This document shows positions 41,075 through 51,388 of a stretch of DNA of 64,000 bases, one piece after another (the stretch's first letter is position 1; the number at the start of each line of letters is the position of its first letter). Source of the stretch: Rhizobiaceae bacterium (lineage in GTDB: Bacteria; Pseudomonadota; Alphaproteobacteria; Rhizobiales; Rhizobiaceae); the NCBI GenBank assembly GCA_020628035.1, contig JAHDFS010000003.1, positions 2,616 through 66,615 on the forward strand. The letters are read 5' to 3'. The notes beneath the pieces are model-generated. The model was given only the letters and a program-made list of their open reading frames with translations, was not told the DNA's origin and did no database searches. The position numbers and the translations under genes are program-made.

Positions 41075-42625
41075 TTAACCTCCTGAATTTGTGTTGGCAT
41101 TCGGGCGTCGTCTTTCGCCACCAGGGCGTCCTCCCTCACCGTTTGGCCGCTGCCCCCCAGCATTTTCTCTTGTATTTGCGCCTCCATTTGCCCCACCACG
41201 TCGCGGTTCGGCTTGTCCAGGCGCACGTACGCGCACCCCTTCAGTCGCTTCCGTCAAACGCGTGGTAAGAATTTTGTCACCGGTTTTTAAAGCCGCGTCA
41301 CCGTTTCCCTTTATGATCGCATTACTGCCGTCAAAGGCTAAGATCTCAATGTCTTTGCGGACCAGTTGGCCTTCCTGGATGATAAAGACATGCGACTGGT
41401 CATAAACGGATGTTTCCGGCACTTTAATCGCATCATTATAAGCGCGATCTGGCACCAGAATTTCAACAAAAGCGCCAGGGCGAATTTGCACGGCATGATC
41501 TTCAGGCTTAATTCGTGCAACAACCTCAACACCACCGCGCTCAGCTGCCACAGTTGCGCCAATGCGATCAATCTCACCTTTATAGGAATAGCTCACAGTG
41601 CCGATGGTCCAAATGATTTCAACTTCGCGACCAATGAGTGGGTCGCTATCGGTTGCCATACGGCCATATTGAGCATTGGTCAGCGTGAAACGGCTTTCCA
41701 ACTGTTGATTATCGTAGATGGAAACCAGCACATCATTGCTGCCGACCGATCGACCAGGCTCTGCATTTGCATTCGAAACAATACCGCCAAAAGGTGCATA
41801 GAGTTTGGTGTTTTCAAGCTGCCGTTCCGCTTCGCTTAACTTCCACTCCAAGCGCTCAATATTTGCCAATTGCTGCTCTTTTTGCGCTTCATTGATGATG
41901 ATGTTGTTGCGTCTTTGGCTCACAGACTGGCTGCGCTGAGAAACGACCAAGACACGATCATCAACTTGCTTGTTGGTTAGTGTGCCTGAAGCAGCCAAGG
42001 ATTGTGCGCGTTCTAAATCTGCTCGCGCCAATTCAAGCTGATCTTGCGCTGAAATTAGCTGATCATTTTCAGAGGCAAGGCGTGCATCAATTTCACGAAC
42101 GGTTGCTTGAACTTGCATGAGATTGGCTTTCGCCTCGCGGATGGCACCTTCATAATTAAAGGGGTCAATTGAAACAAGCAGATCACCTTTTTCAACCCTC
42201 ATGCCGGCGGTCAGGTTCTCATTCACCGCGATGATTTCGCCGCTAACAAGCGGGCGAAGTTCAACATCTCTGGCGGTTTCCACTTGACCATAAACTAAGA
42301 TGCTGGGCCGATGCGCCGTTTGTACAGCCTCTAAAGATTCAACCGTAAAAGTCGCTTGACGGAAAGGGCGTTTGGCGGGCTCCTCGCGAGAACTTACCAT
42401 TCGGTCCATGATCGTATAAGCGCCTGCTAAAACGCCAACCATCAGAACAAGTTGAAAGATTGATCGAGCAAACGCCACAAATCGGCGCCCCCAAGATCTT
42501 TGAGGTTTTTGATCTGATGCGGTTTGCGCATCAGCATCTATTTCATCTTTTAGCCGCGTTATGTTTGGTTGATCGAGTTCAACAACATTTTCGGGCACAT
42601 TTTCTGAATTGGATTTTTCTAGCAT
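41075..42625 (-). CDS. RND periplasmic adaptor (membrane fusion protein)
   Basis: N-terminal TM, RPLVSGEI lipoyl half, long coiled coil, YAPFGG, RPGAFVE; Gly/Arg/Asn-rich tail. Confidence 0.88.
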   Translation of the reverse strand: MLEKSNSENVPENVVELDQPNITRLKDEIDADAQTASDQKPQRSWGRRFVAFARSIFQLVLMVGVLAGAYTIMDRMVSSREEPAKRPFRQATFTVESLEAVQTAHRPSILVYGQVETARDVELRPLVSGEIIAVNENLTAGMRVEKGDLLVSIDPFNYEGAIREAKANLMQVQATVREIDARLASENDQLISAQDQLELARADLERAQSLAASGTLTNKQVDDRVLVVSQRSQSVSQRRNNIIINEAQKEQQLANIERLEWKLSEAERQLENTKLYAPFGGIVSNANAEPGRSVGSNDVLVSIYDNQQLESRFTLTNAQYGRMATDSDPLIGREVEIIWTIGTVSYSYKGEIDRIGATVAAERGGVEVVARIKPEDHAVQIRPGAFVEILVPDRAYNDAIKVPETSVYDQSHVFIIQEGQLVRKDIEILAFDGSNAIIKGNGDAALKTGDKILTTRLTEATEGVRVRAPGQAEPRRGGANGGANTRENAGGQRPNGEGGRPGGERRRPNANTNSGG

Positions 42626-42734
42626 TTTTCATACTCGCTTGGGCGAATTGATTATGCTCATTGATCACTAAAAATTGCAAATTAACGATTTGTAATTTTC
42701 TGGTAAGGTTAGAGCTTTCGCTCCCCGCTCAAAG

Positions 42735-43724
42735 TCATAAGTCAAATTCAGATTGCGTAAATATATGTTGCGTAGAACAAAATTCGCAGACAACCTCAAT
42801 TTTACCGTCCACAAATGTATCGTTCAACTCGCCCTTCTCCATACGAGATAAAACGCCAAACAGATGTTCACGCGAGCAAGAACATTCATCACGAACTTCA
42901 CCAGCTTCAAAAATCCGAACGCCGCGCTCATGGAACAAGCGGTAAAGCAAACGCTCACTACCAACCTGAGGGTCAGTCAATTCACTGGCGCTAACGGTTT
43001 CAACCAAGGCTTTGGCCTCTGTCCAAGCATCATCTTCATCAGCGGAATGCTCTTCCACGCCTTCAGGTAAATCACCACCGGGTAAATCACTTTGCGCCAT
43101 GCGCTCACTCGCATGGGGCAGGAATTGGATCAAAATGCCGCCGGCACGCCATTGATGTTCGGACTTGCCATCTTCATCTTTGGCAATTAGCTCAGCCACA
43201 CTCAGTTTAATGCTTGTAGGGATTTGTTCCGATTGCTTGAAATATGATTCAGCCATCTGGGAAAGGGTATCCCCTTTCATTTCAACAATGCCTTGATAGC
43301 GTTGTGTGTGAGAACCCTGGTCAATGGTGAAAGCAAGCACACCTTTGCCTAGCAATTGATGCGGCAAAGCATTGCCCTCGGCTATCGCTTGATCAAGTTT
43401 ATCCTGATTAAATTGGGCATAGCCACGCACAGAAGTCGGCGCTTGAAAATCAACCACAAGCAATTCAACCGGACCATCCCCTTTGGTTTGCAGGATCAAT
43501 CGTCCCTCAAACTTTAAAGATGTGCCCAGCAATACGGTTAGCACAATGCCTTCCGCCAAAAGCTGTGCCACAGGCTCTGGATATGTGTGCCGTGAGAGGA
43601 TTTGATCCAGCATTGGGCCAAGTTGAACCGCCCGGCCGCGAACGTCCAATCCTTCAACTTGGAAAGGAACGACGTAGTCATCACCAGAAAGCTTTATGTC
43701 ATGCGCGGTTTCAAATGCGTCCAT
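42735..43724 (-). CDS. hslO: Hsp33 redox-regulated chaperone
   Basis: YQGIV, YFKQSEQIPT, C-terminal CSC...CEFC Zn centre. Confidence 0.93.
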   Translation of the reverse strand: MDAFETAHDIKLSGDDYVVPFQVEGLDVRGRAVQLGPMLDQILSRHTYPEPVAQLLAEGIVLTVLLGTSLKFEGRLILQTKGDGPVELLVVDFQAPTSVRGYAQFNQDKLDQAIAEGNALPHQLLGKGVLAFTIDQGSHTQRYQGIVEMKGDTLSQMAESYFKQSEQIPTSIKLSVAELIAKDEDGKSEHQWRAGGILIQFLPHASERMAQSDLPGGDLPEGVEEHSADEDDAWTEAKALVETVSASELTDPQVGSERLLYRLFHERGVRIFEAGEVRDECSCSREHLFGVLSRMEKGELNDTFVDGKIEVVCEFCSTQHIFTQSEFDL

Positions 43725-43819
43725 AATTAATACTCAATATTTCAAGGGGTTTTATAATGCAGTTTTGCATTTGGTCCCGTTGAACACAAATTTCAATAGC
43801 CAGAACGAAAAGGGCCGTT

Positions 43820-44746
43820 TTAAAGCGCGCCGAGGCACCACTCAATAATAGCCTTTTGTGCGTGCATTCTGTTTTCAGCTTCATCAAACACGACGGATTG
43901 TGGTCCATCGATCACGTCATCCGTGACATCTTCACCACGTTTTGCCGGTAAACAGTGCATAAAGAGCGCGTCATCTTTTGCGTGTGCCATAAGTTTGGCA
44001 TTAACCTGAAACGGCTGGAACACATTGTGCCCGCGCGCTTTATGCTCTTGGTTCATCGACACCCATTTATCGGTAATCACACAATCTGTATCTTGAACTG
44101 TGGTCTCAGCATCATGACTAAGATTGATTGTTGCACCATTTTCGCGAGCCCAATCGACATAGCGTTGTTCAGGTTCTGAGCCCTCTGGTGTTCCGATATT
44201 CATGGAATAGCCGAACTGTGCAGCCCCCTCCATCAATGAGTGCGTGACATTGTTTCCATCCCCAACCCAAGACAAGGTCTTGCCTTCAATGGAGCCACGA
44301 TGCTCTTCGTAAGTTTGAACATCGGCCATGATCTGGCATGGATGCGTATCATCTGTTAGCGCGTTGATCACAGGAACTGTGGCATATTCTGCCATTTCCA
44401 AAAGACGCTCGTGCTCCATTGTGCGGATCATGATAATATCCACATAGCGAGATAATACACGTGCAGTATCAGCCACTGTTTCTGATGAGCCCAATTGCAT
44501 GTCAGATCCAGAAAGCAGCAATGTTTCGCCGCCTAACTGTCGCATGCCAACATCAAACGAAACGCGTGTGCGCGTTGATGGTTTTTCGAAAATCATCGCC
44601 AGAACTTTGCCTCGCAAAGGCTTATGCTCAATGCCCTGTTTCAAATTCAACTTCGTTGATTTGGCATGATCGATCATGCGTCGAAGTTCACCTTTGTTAA
44701 TGTCGGCAAGGTCTAAAAAGTGGTGATGTTGATCTTTTAAAGACAT
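43820..44746 (-). CDS. argF: ornithine carbamoyltransferase
   Basis: [36 protein letters not shown]. Confidence 0.96.
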   Translation of the reverse strand: MSLKDQHHHFLDLADINKGELRRMIDHAKSTKLNLKQGIEHKPLRGKVLAMIFEKPSTRTRVSFDVGMRQLGGETLLLSGSDMQLGSSETVADTARVLSRYVDIIMIRTMEHERLLEMAEYATVPVINALTDDTHPCQIMADVQTYEEHRGSIEGKTLSWVGDGNNVTHSLMEGAAQFGYSMNIGTPEGSEPEQRYVDWARENGATINLSHDAETTVQDTDCVITDKWVSMNQEHKARGHNVFQPFQVNAKLMAHAKDDALFMHCLPAKRGEDVTDDVIDGPQSVVFDEAENRMHAQKAIIEWCLGAL

Positions 44747-44768
44747 GAGCTTTTCCTAAATAAAGCAG

Positions 44769-45947
44769 TTATTTTTTGACTGTATTAAGCGCATTTTTTA
44801 TGCGGGCCAGGCCGTCGCGCGCTTCATCTTTGGTCAATGTCAAAGGTGGCAGCAAACGGATCACATTATCGCCAGCAGGCACAGCTAAGAATTTTTCATC
44901 GCGCATCGCACCCAATAATTCCATGTTCGGTGTCTTACACTTAATGCCGATCATAAGGCCTTGGCCTCTGATTTCTTCGATAATGTCCGGATATGTATCA
45001 GTGAGTTCGGCCAAGCCCTGTCTGAGAAGCAGCGCAACGTCTTGCACATTTTCCAAGAAACCATCTTCAAGCACCACATCAAGAACTGCATTACCAACCG
45101 ACATGGCAAGCGGGTTGCCACCAAAGGTCGTGCCATGCGTGCCAGGAACCATGCTTTGCGCCGCTTCTTCGGTTGCCAGACATGCGCCGAGTGGGAAGCC
45201 GCCGCCAATGCCTTTTGCAACCGCCATGATATCTGGTGTTACGCCAGACCATTCATGCGCAAACAATTTGCCAGTTCGACCAACACCGCATTGGATTTCA
45301 TCGAAGATGAGCAGCGCACCAGTGTCATTACATGTCTCGCGAAGCGTTTTTAAAAACTCGGTTGAAACATAACGCAGGCCGCCTTCACCTTGGATCGGTT
45401 CAATTAAAAGCGCAGCTGTTTGATCGGTAATGACCTCTTTAAGCGCGTCGACATCATTGAGCTCAACCTGTATAAATCCGGGAGCTTTAGGTCCAAAACC
45501 TTCAATATATTTTTCTTGACCACCGGCAGCGATTGTTGCTGTCGAGCGACCATGAAACGCACCCTTAAAAGTGATGATTTCAAAACGCTCTGGTTCACCA
45601 TTGGCAAAGTGATAATGGCGCGCTGTTTTGATCGCGCATTCCATCGCTTCAACACCGGAATTGGTGAAAAATACTTTGTCGGCAAAGGTATTTGCGGTGA
45701 GGCGATCGGCGAGTTTACTTTGGCCTTCAACTTGAAAGAGGTTTGAAATGTGCCAAAGCTGCTCGGCTTGCTGCTTTAATGTCTCGACCAAATGTGGGTG
45801 GCAATGTCCCAAGGAATTCACAGCAATGCCTGCCGTGAAGTCGAGATATTTCTCACCTTGATCTGTTTCCAACCAAACACCCTCACCGGACGTGAATGTT
45901 GCGCCGGTTGTTGGAAGAATTGAATATAAAGACGTGGCTGCTGCCAT
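44769..45947 (-). CDS. argD: acetylornithine aminotransferase
   Basis: [49 protein letters not shown]. Confidence 0.93.
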   Translation of the reverse strand: MAAATSLYSILPTTGATFTSGEGVWLETDQGEKYLDFTAGIAVNSLGHCHPHLVETLKQQAEQLWHISNLFQVEGQSKLADRLTANTFADKVFFTNSGVEAMECAIKTARHYHFANGEPERFEIITFKGAFHGRSTATIAAGGQEKYIEGFGPKAPGFIQVELNDVDALKEVITDQTAALLIEPIQGEGGLRYVSTEFLKTLRETCNDTGALLIFDEIQCGVGRTGKLFAHEWSGVTPDIMAVAKGIGGGFPLGACLATEEAAQSMVPGTHGTTFGGNPLAMSVGNAVLDVVLEDGFLENVQDVALLLRQGLAELTDTYPDIIEEIRGQGLMIGIKCKTPNMELLGAMRDEKFLAVPAGDNVIRLLPPLTLTKDEARDGLARIKNALNTVKK

Positions 45948-46340
45948 GTCGCTCTCCTGTTAAAATCAATGTGAGTGCCAGCTGTATCCGCGGCGCGAGT
46001 ATTTGTTGTATAAAAGTGAAAAACCGCCCAGCTCGGACGGTTGCCTTCATTATCACTACTTTGAAACGAAAAGTCAATTCTGCATCAAGATGATACAAAT
46101 CCCATAAACGGGCTAACTAATTTTGATAAAAATTCACGAAAATATGCTTTAGTTGGGGAAAACTGAATTTTTGCGAATCAGAGTAATTTATCCCCCTTGT
46201 CACAGAGTCCTGCGATCACTAACTTAGATCTAGTTGGAAAAAATGCGACGGACCCAGCGACTTTTTAAGTAATTTAAAATGTACTCGTTTGAGTGCAGTG
46301 GTGGGGGATTCTGTCTTGGCAAATAGAAACGGAGATAAAA

Positions 46341-46883
46341 ATGAGTTGGACTGATGAACGCGTCGAACAGCTCAAGAAATTGTGGGCAGAAGGTTTAAGC
46401 GCTAGTCAAATTGCAGCTCAGCTTGGTGGTGTCAGCCGCAATGCCGTAATTGGTAAAGTTCACCGTCTTCATTTGCCAGGTCGTGCAAAATCAGGTGGGT
46501 CTCGTAACCCGCGAGCGAAACGTCCAACAGTTGCAACACAACGCACCGGTTTCACAGCACCACGCGCGGCCAGCACAGCTTCGCGTCCCGCACCTACCAG
46601 AACAGGTGGTGGCAGCGCTGCGGCAACCGTGATGAAGGCTGATGTGGACGCTATTGCAATTGAAGAACTGGACACGCGTCCTATTGAAGATGTGGTCGTG
46701 CCAATTTCCAAACAGCTTAAGCTGATTGAATTGACTGAAGCGACATGTAAGTGGCCAATTGGTGACCCTATGGTCGACGGGTTCCATTTTTGTGGAAATG
46801 ACTGCGATGAAGCATCTCCATATTGCACCTATCATTCGAAATTAGCTTACCAACCGACGGCCGAACGCCGTCGCGCCCGCTAA
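46341..46883 (+). CDS. gcrA: GcrA cell-cycle regulator
   Basis: MSWTDERVEQLKKLWAEGLSASQIA...SRNAVIGKVHRL; CKWPIGDP...FCG...YCTYH. Start after GGAG. Confidence 0.96.
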   Translation: MSWTDERVEQLKKLWAEGLSASQIAAQLGGVSRNAVIGKVHRLHLPGRAKSGGSRNPRAKRPTVATQRTGFTAPRAASTASRPAPTRTGGGSAAATVMKADVDAIAIEELDTRPIEDVVVPISKQLKLIELTEATCKWPIGDPMVDGFHFCGNDCDEASPYCTYHSKLAYQPTAERRRAR

Positions 46884-46912
46884 CAGCGATCTTGGTAAAA
46901 ACTTGACTTATG

Positions 46913-46947
46913 AACCCAGCTCTCAAATAAAGAGTTGGGTTTTTTAT
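46913..46947 (+). terminator. intrinsic terminator after gcrA
   Basis: AACCCAGCTCT...AGAGTTGGGTT followed by a T-run. Confidence 0.78.
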
Positions 46948-46948
46948 T

Positions 46949-47572
46949 GTGGGGGTTCTTTTGCAACAGCATTTATCAAAACTTTATCTCATTGCAGGTC
47001 TCTTTGGCGCAGGGATTGCGCTTAGTGCCTGTCAAACGCTTTCAAAAGAAGAATGTGTGGCAGCGGATTGGACCGTCATCGGTGAAACGGATGGTGCTGC
47101 GGGCCATGCCCCTCAGGACCGTTTTGCGCGCCATGTGAAGGCCTGTGCGAAAGCAGGCATTACACCAAACCAAACAGCATGGAACCAAGGTTATCAAGCT
47201 GGGCTTGTTCGATATTGCACGCCGGCAAATGGTTTGCGTGTTGGCGAAGCTGGAAATATTTATGCAAATGTCTGTCCACTTGATAAGTCGGCTGCGTTTT
47301 TGTCGGGCTATAACCTTGGAAAACGTGCGCACGGTATCCGTTCAGATATAAATAGCCGCAAAAGCGCCATTTCTAGGCGACAAGCAGAAGCTGCTGAGAA
47401 GATTAAGTTGATTGCAAATGCAACGCCAACTGAGCAAACAACCATTCAGCTTGAAATTGCTAATCTTAATCAGCAGAACTCTACCGACCAAGTCGAAATC
47501 GCTCGGTTGAGCGGCGAGTTGGCATTGGTAGAGCGTGATATCCAAAATTTCAGAGCTGGGCTGGTCAACTAA
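46949..47572 (+). CDS. DUF2799-type lipoprotein
   Basis: Lipobox LSAC; CQTLSKEECVAADW..IG..DG, YCTPANG, YANVCP; C-terminal coiled coil. Start uncertain. Confidence 0.8.
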   Translation: MGVLLQQHLSKLYLIAGLFGAGIALSACQTLSKEECVAADWTVIGETDGAAGHAPQDRFARHVKACAKAGITPNQTAWNQGYQAGLVRYCTPANGLRVGEAGNIYANVCPLDKSAAFLSGYNLGKRAHGIRSDINSRKSAISRRQAEAAEKIKLIANATPTEQTTIQLEIANLNQQNSTDQVEIARLSGELALVERDIQNFRAGLVN

Positions 47573-47616
47573 TTTAATCGCCAGTTTTAATGTGATAAAC
47601 TTAAAGCGCGCGGATA

Positions 47617-49512
47617 CTATTCTCTGCGCGCTGGCTCATGCGGAGTTTTTTCCCAAAGCTGTGAACTAAGTGGCAGTTGGGATAAAGCCCGCCATCCGGC
47701 AAATGACATGAGCAACCAGTAGAGCGGTGGCAAAAACAGCCATCTTGTTTTGATTTTCTTTCTCTGGCCGGAAATCAGTGCACTCATACCCACATAGACA
47801 AAAATAAAATAACCGCCGATTAAATTGAAGATATCGAGATAAACTAAAATTAATTCCAGCGTTGACGCGCCAAAAAAAGTTCCCAAAAGCGCCTTATAAA
47901 GCGTGTAAGCAATGAAGATAAATGCAAATGGGTGAGCAAGGGCAGCGATTAACATCCCGCCAATCATCACCTGCATAATGACAAAACCAATAAAACCTCG
48001 TCTTGCCAATAATCTTATGGGATGACGCATAAAGACGAGCCAGGTTTGCATCCAGCCTTTTAGCCATCGCGTGCGTTGTTTGATCCAGACTGCGACATTT
48101 GTTGGCGCCGTTTCAAGGGTTGGGCGCTTTAACACGCCCGTATTATAGCCATGTGAATATAAGCGAATACCCAAATCGGCATCCTCTGTGACATTGCACG
48201 GGTCCCAACCGCCAACTCTCTCAAGTGCGCTTTTTCTGAAGTGATTTGATGTTCCTCCAAGAGGAATTGGTAAACCAAAATGGGATAGAAGCGGAATAAG
48301 TCGGCGGAATAATCCTGAATATTCCAAACTAAATAGTCCTGGCAGCCATCCGACATCAGCATTTGTGATCACCAACGGTGCCTGCATGCATCCAATACAT
48401 TCATCACCTTGGTCAAACCAGCGATATGCTTCCATGAGTTGCTCAGGATGCGGACGATCCTCCGCGTCATATACCGCAATAAATTCCCCCTTAGCACCGG
48501 ACATTGCATATTGTAGCGCTTTGGGTTTTGTTCTTGGTTCCATATGAGGAACTTTGATAATTTCAAATTCTGGACCGGGATTGGCGTTAATTAATGCGTT
48601 AATTGTAGCCATATCATCAGCCTCGCATATCAATTTGATATCTAATTTGCTCTTGGGCCAATTTAAACGGCTCATTGCTTTTATCAGCTGTTCGGCTACT
48701 TGCTCTTCTTTATAAAGCGCAATCAATATGGTGTAATAAGGAAGATTTCTCGTCGGTTCCGGCAATTTTTGCAGATCTGCTTCGGGATGAGGATAAAAAC
48801 CGGCGGACAATTTTAACAAGTTAAATGACAGATAAATCAGCGCTAATGATGCATGAAGCGCTAAGAAAATTGAGCCGGGTTGAAAATAAACCAGCAGACA
48901 TGCTGCCAATGACAAAACACCTAGGAAATAGCTTTGCCAATTCGACAACAGGGATTTTGCGCTCATATCTGGCTGTGTGTCTTGCAATTGGCGAACAACA
49001 GTGCCCACACGCTCGATCTCATTAAGTTGCCAGACAGCCTCTCGTATTGTTTTAGATGCTGCGATCGCAAAGTTTTGCTGCAAATCCGGTTTTGATGAAA
49101 ACAAGTTCTTTAATTTTTGAAAATCTGCAACAGATGGACTTATGACCGTATAAACGCGGTTATCCATTTGAATGCGCAAAGGGCCATTGCGCGATAGTAA
49201 AACATCAATGGACGGTGATGAAATAATGCTGGAAGGATCAATCTCTGTGAAAAATTTAAGATCAAGCTGTTGAGCTATACAACGGAAATAATCATGGTCT
49301 GAAATATACCTGTTAGCGATGAGCTCAGTTTCAATATTGGTATCATTCTGATCCGCTAAATATGCAGCGTGATTTAGATGCTTTTTTGATAGTTGAGAAT
49401 TTGACAATAGCAGTTGATACACTGGATCAACATCATGCTTTGGGTCCCCAATAACGAAGCCTTCTGTGATTTTGTCTTTCTTATGGTTGTCGCTGCCGTT
49501 GGGAGATGACAT
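47617..49512 (-). CDS. family-2 processive glycosyltransferase with N-terminal cytoplasmic extension
   Basis: YTILIALYKE, PRTKPKAL, VYDAED, LGGTSNHF, WDPCNVTEDADLG, QRTRW, WEKTPH; several TMs. Confidence 0.88.
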   Translation of the reverse strand: MSSPNGSDNHKKDKITEGFVIGDPKHDVDPVYQLLLSNSQLSKKHLNHAAYLADQNDTNIETELIANRYISDHDYFRCIAQQLDLKFFTEIDPSSIISSPSIDVLLSRNGPLRIQMDNRVYTVISPSVADFQKLKNLFSSKPDLQQNFAIAASKTIREAVWQLNEIERVGTVVRQLQDTQPDMSAKSLLSNWQSYFLGVLSLAACLLVYFQPGSIFLALHASLALIYLSFNLLKLSAGFYPHPEADLQKLPEPTRNLPYYTILIALYKEEQVAEQLIKAMSRLNWPKSKLDIKLICEADDMATINALINANPGPEFEIIKVPHMEPRTKPKALQYAMSGAKGEFIAVYDAEDRPHPEQLMEAYRWFDQGDECIGCMQAPLVITNADVGWLPGLFSLEYSGLFRRLIPLLSHFGLPIPLGGTSNHFRKSALERVGGWDPCNVTEDADLGIRLYSHGYNTGVLKRPTLETAPTNVAVWIKQRTRWLKGWMQTWLVFMRHPIRLLARRGFIGFVIMQVMIGGMLIAALAHPFAFIFIAYTLYKALLGTFFGASTLELILVYLDIFNLIGGYFIFVYVGMSALISGQRKKIKTRWLFLPPLYWLLMSFAGWRALSQLPLSSQLWEKTPHEPARRE

Positions 49513-49555
49513 AAGTGATGCATGTTTCTAGAATATATACACGGAATTGTAGAAG

Positions 49556-50461
49556 ATGTTTAAGTATACATATATAAGTTTACTAAATAAGTCACTACTT
49601 AATACAATTATAGCGTTAGTTATTACTTTAATTTTTCCCGTTTATAGTATGGCGCAAGGATCGATTACTCCAAATTACTTTGATTCTCAGGAGCGGATTC
49701 CAATTGCCGATGTCCGCAATATTGATCGCTTAAGGTTCCTCACAACAGTAGATTTTCCGCCATTTAGCTTTTTGGACGAGAACGGCCGTTTAACTGGTTT
49801 TCATGTCGACTTGGCACGAAATATTTGTTCGATCTTAAAAATCATCGAGCAATGCCAAATTCAGGCATTGGAATGGAAGGAATTACCCGACGCGATTAAA
49901 AACCGCCAGGGTGATGCTATTATCGCTGGATTTGCCATCTCCGCCGAAACCCGCCAGGACTATTTGTTCAGCCGATCTTATCTTGAATTACCGGCTCGTT
50001 TTATTGCGCGTAATGCAGATGAAATTGATTTGTCAGTGTTAAGCGGTGTGAAGAAGCCCGACGGACCTGTATGGCAAAAAACAGAGCTCTTAAAAGTCGG
50101 CGTCATCCGAAATTCTGCACATGAGGCCATGCTAAAAGATTGGTTCCCCGTATCGGAAGCGGTCGCATTTGACGAGCGTGCGGAACTCTATAAAGCACTC
50201 AAAACCGGGGATGTTAATCTGTTGTTTGGTGACGGATTACAATTCTCGTTTTGGCTGTCTGGGGAAGATGCGGCTGGATGTTGCCAGTTTTTGGGCGGTC
50301 CATATTTGTCGCAATATTACCTTGGAGAGGGGTTGGCGATAGCCGTTGCAAAAGATAATCCCGATCTTCAAAAAACACTCAATTATGGTCTGTCACTGCT
50401 TGGAAAAAACGGCAATTTTGCTGAGCTCTATTTGCGATATTTTCCAAACGGGATTTATTGA
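49556..50461 (+). CDS. stand-alone polar amino-acid-type substrate-binding protein (SBP family 3)
   Basis: FLTTVDFPPFSF, GFHVDLAR, GDAIIAG, GEGLAIAV, ELYLRYFP. No permease adjacent. Start uncertain. Confidence 0.85.
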   Translation: MFKYTYISLLNKSLLNTIIALVITLIFPVYSMAQGSITPNYFDSQERIPIADVRNIDRLRFLTTVDFPPFSFLDENGRLTGFHVDLARNICSILKIIEQCQIQALEWKELPDAIKNRQGDAIIAGFAISAETRQDYLFSRSYLELPARFIARNADEIDLSVLSGVKKPDGPVWQKTELLKVGVIRNSAHEAMLKDWFPVSEAVAFDERAELYKALKTGDVNLLFGDGLQFSFWLSGEDAAGCCQFLGGPYLSQYYLGEGLAIAVAKDNPDLQKTLNYGLSLLGKNGNFAELYLRYFPNGIY

Positions 50462-50472
50462 GTTTTTAAAGA

Positions 50473-51288
50473 TCAGCTCTTGCCTTTAAATGGCAAAAGC
50501 AACGTCCATAAAAGATTAGAGCTTTGCGGTCCTCGAAACTCTTTGAGGCCGATCTCCATACCGTTATGTCCCAGTTTGGGTTGGTCGTTATAGGTTGCAA
50601 AAATGCGATCCCAGAACGAAAAATTAAACCCATAATTTGAATCTGTCTCTCGATGATCACTTGAATGATGAACCCGATGCATATCAGGTGTGACCAATAT
50701 TGGACGAATGATCTTGTCCAGCTTCAACGGTAATTTAACATTAGAATGATTGAACATCGCCATGCCGTTTAAGACAATCTCAAATATTAAAACGGCAATG
50801 GCTGGTGCGCCCAAAAGTGCAATAATCAATATTTTCCAAGCCATTGATAAAACAATTTCTAGCGGATGAAACCGCAATGCAGTTGTGACATCAAATCCAT
50901 TATCAGCATGATGCATACGGTGAATGCGCCACAAGATCGGCCATTTATGACTGACCAAATGTTCGAGCCATACAATAAAATCAAGAACCACAAATGCGAT
51001 GATACCCGCAACAATCGGTGGCACATTGATAATATTAAACAAACCTATATTGCGCTCTTCGAGCCAAAATGCAGCACCCACGGCAGCAGCTGGAAAAATC
51101 ACTCTAAGGCAAAGTGACGATATAATAACCATGGAAAGATTGGTGAACCAGCGTTGGGTCTTTAGCGCTCCACGCATTTCATCGCGCTCAAGCCTTGGAT
51201 GGAGCAACTCAAAAATCGCCATGGCACATAAAACACTGAGGAAAACAATGAGTCTTATCGCAGGTTCTGAAAGTCCAAATAAAGTCAA
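50473..51288 (-). CDS. sterol desaturase / fatty-acid hydroxylase family membrane di-iron enzyme
   Basis: His boxes HLVSH, HRMHH, FNH, HRVHH; RFHPLE; NYGFNFSFWDRIF. Confidence 0.88.
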   Translation of the reverse strand: MTLFGLSEPAIRLIVFLSVLCAMAIFELLHPRLERDEMRGALKTQRWFTNLSMVIISSLCLRVIFPAAAVGAAFWLEERNIGLFNIINVPPIVAGIIAFVVLDFIVWLEHLVSHKWPILWRIHRMHHADNGFDVTTALRFHPLEIVLSMAWKILIIALLGAPAIAVLIFEIVLNGMAMFNHSNVKLPLKLDKIIRPILVTPDMHRVHHSSDHRETDSNYGFNFSFWDRIFATYNDQPKLGHNGMEIGLKEFRGPQSSNLLWTLLLPFKGKS

Positions 51289-51388
51289 AAAGCCAATTCC
51301 TCATTAATGTGGTGAGGCCTTTATAGGACGAACGATCGCCAAAATCATATAAAAGAATTGTGATCGGCAGATCTAAAGCGTTTAAGAT

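Noticed and set aside
40170-41078. 302-aa plus-strand ORF antisense to the RND gene (and similar antisense ORFs at 22296-22907, 44776-45372 and elsewhere)
   Set aside because: Ser/Pro/Arg-rich translations with no motifs, fully overlapping well-supported genes; typical antisense shadows.
46262-46280. TTAA...TTAA upstream of gcrA as a CtrA box
   Set aside because: Spacing is 5 nt rather than 7, so it is not supportable.
50473-51288. Sterol biosynthesis
   Set aside because: The family name only reflects the His-box fold. No oxidosqualene cyclase or related genes are nearby and the substrate is unknown.
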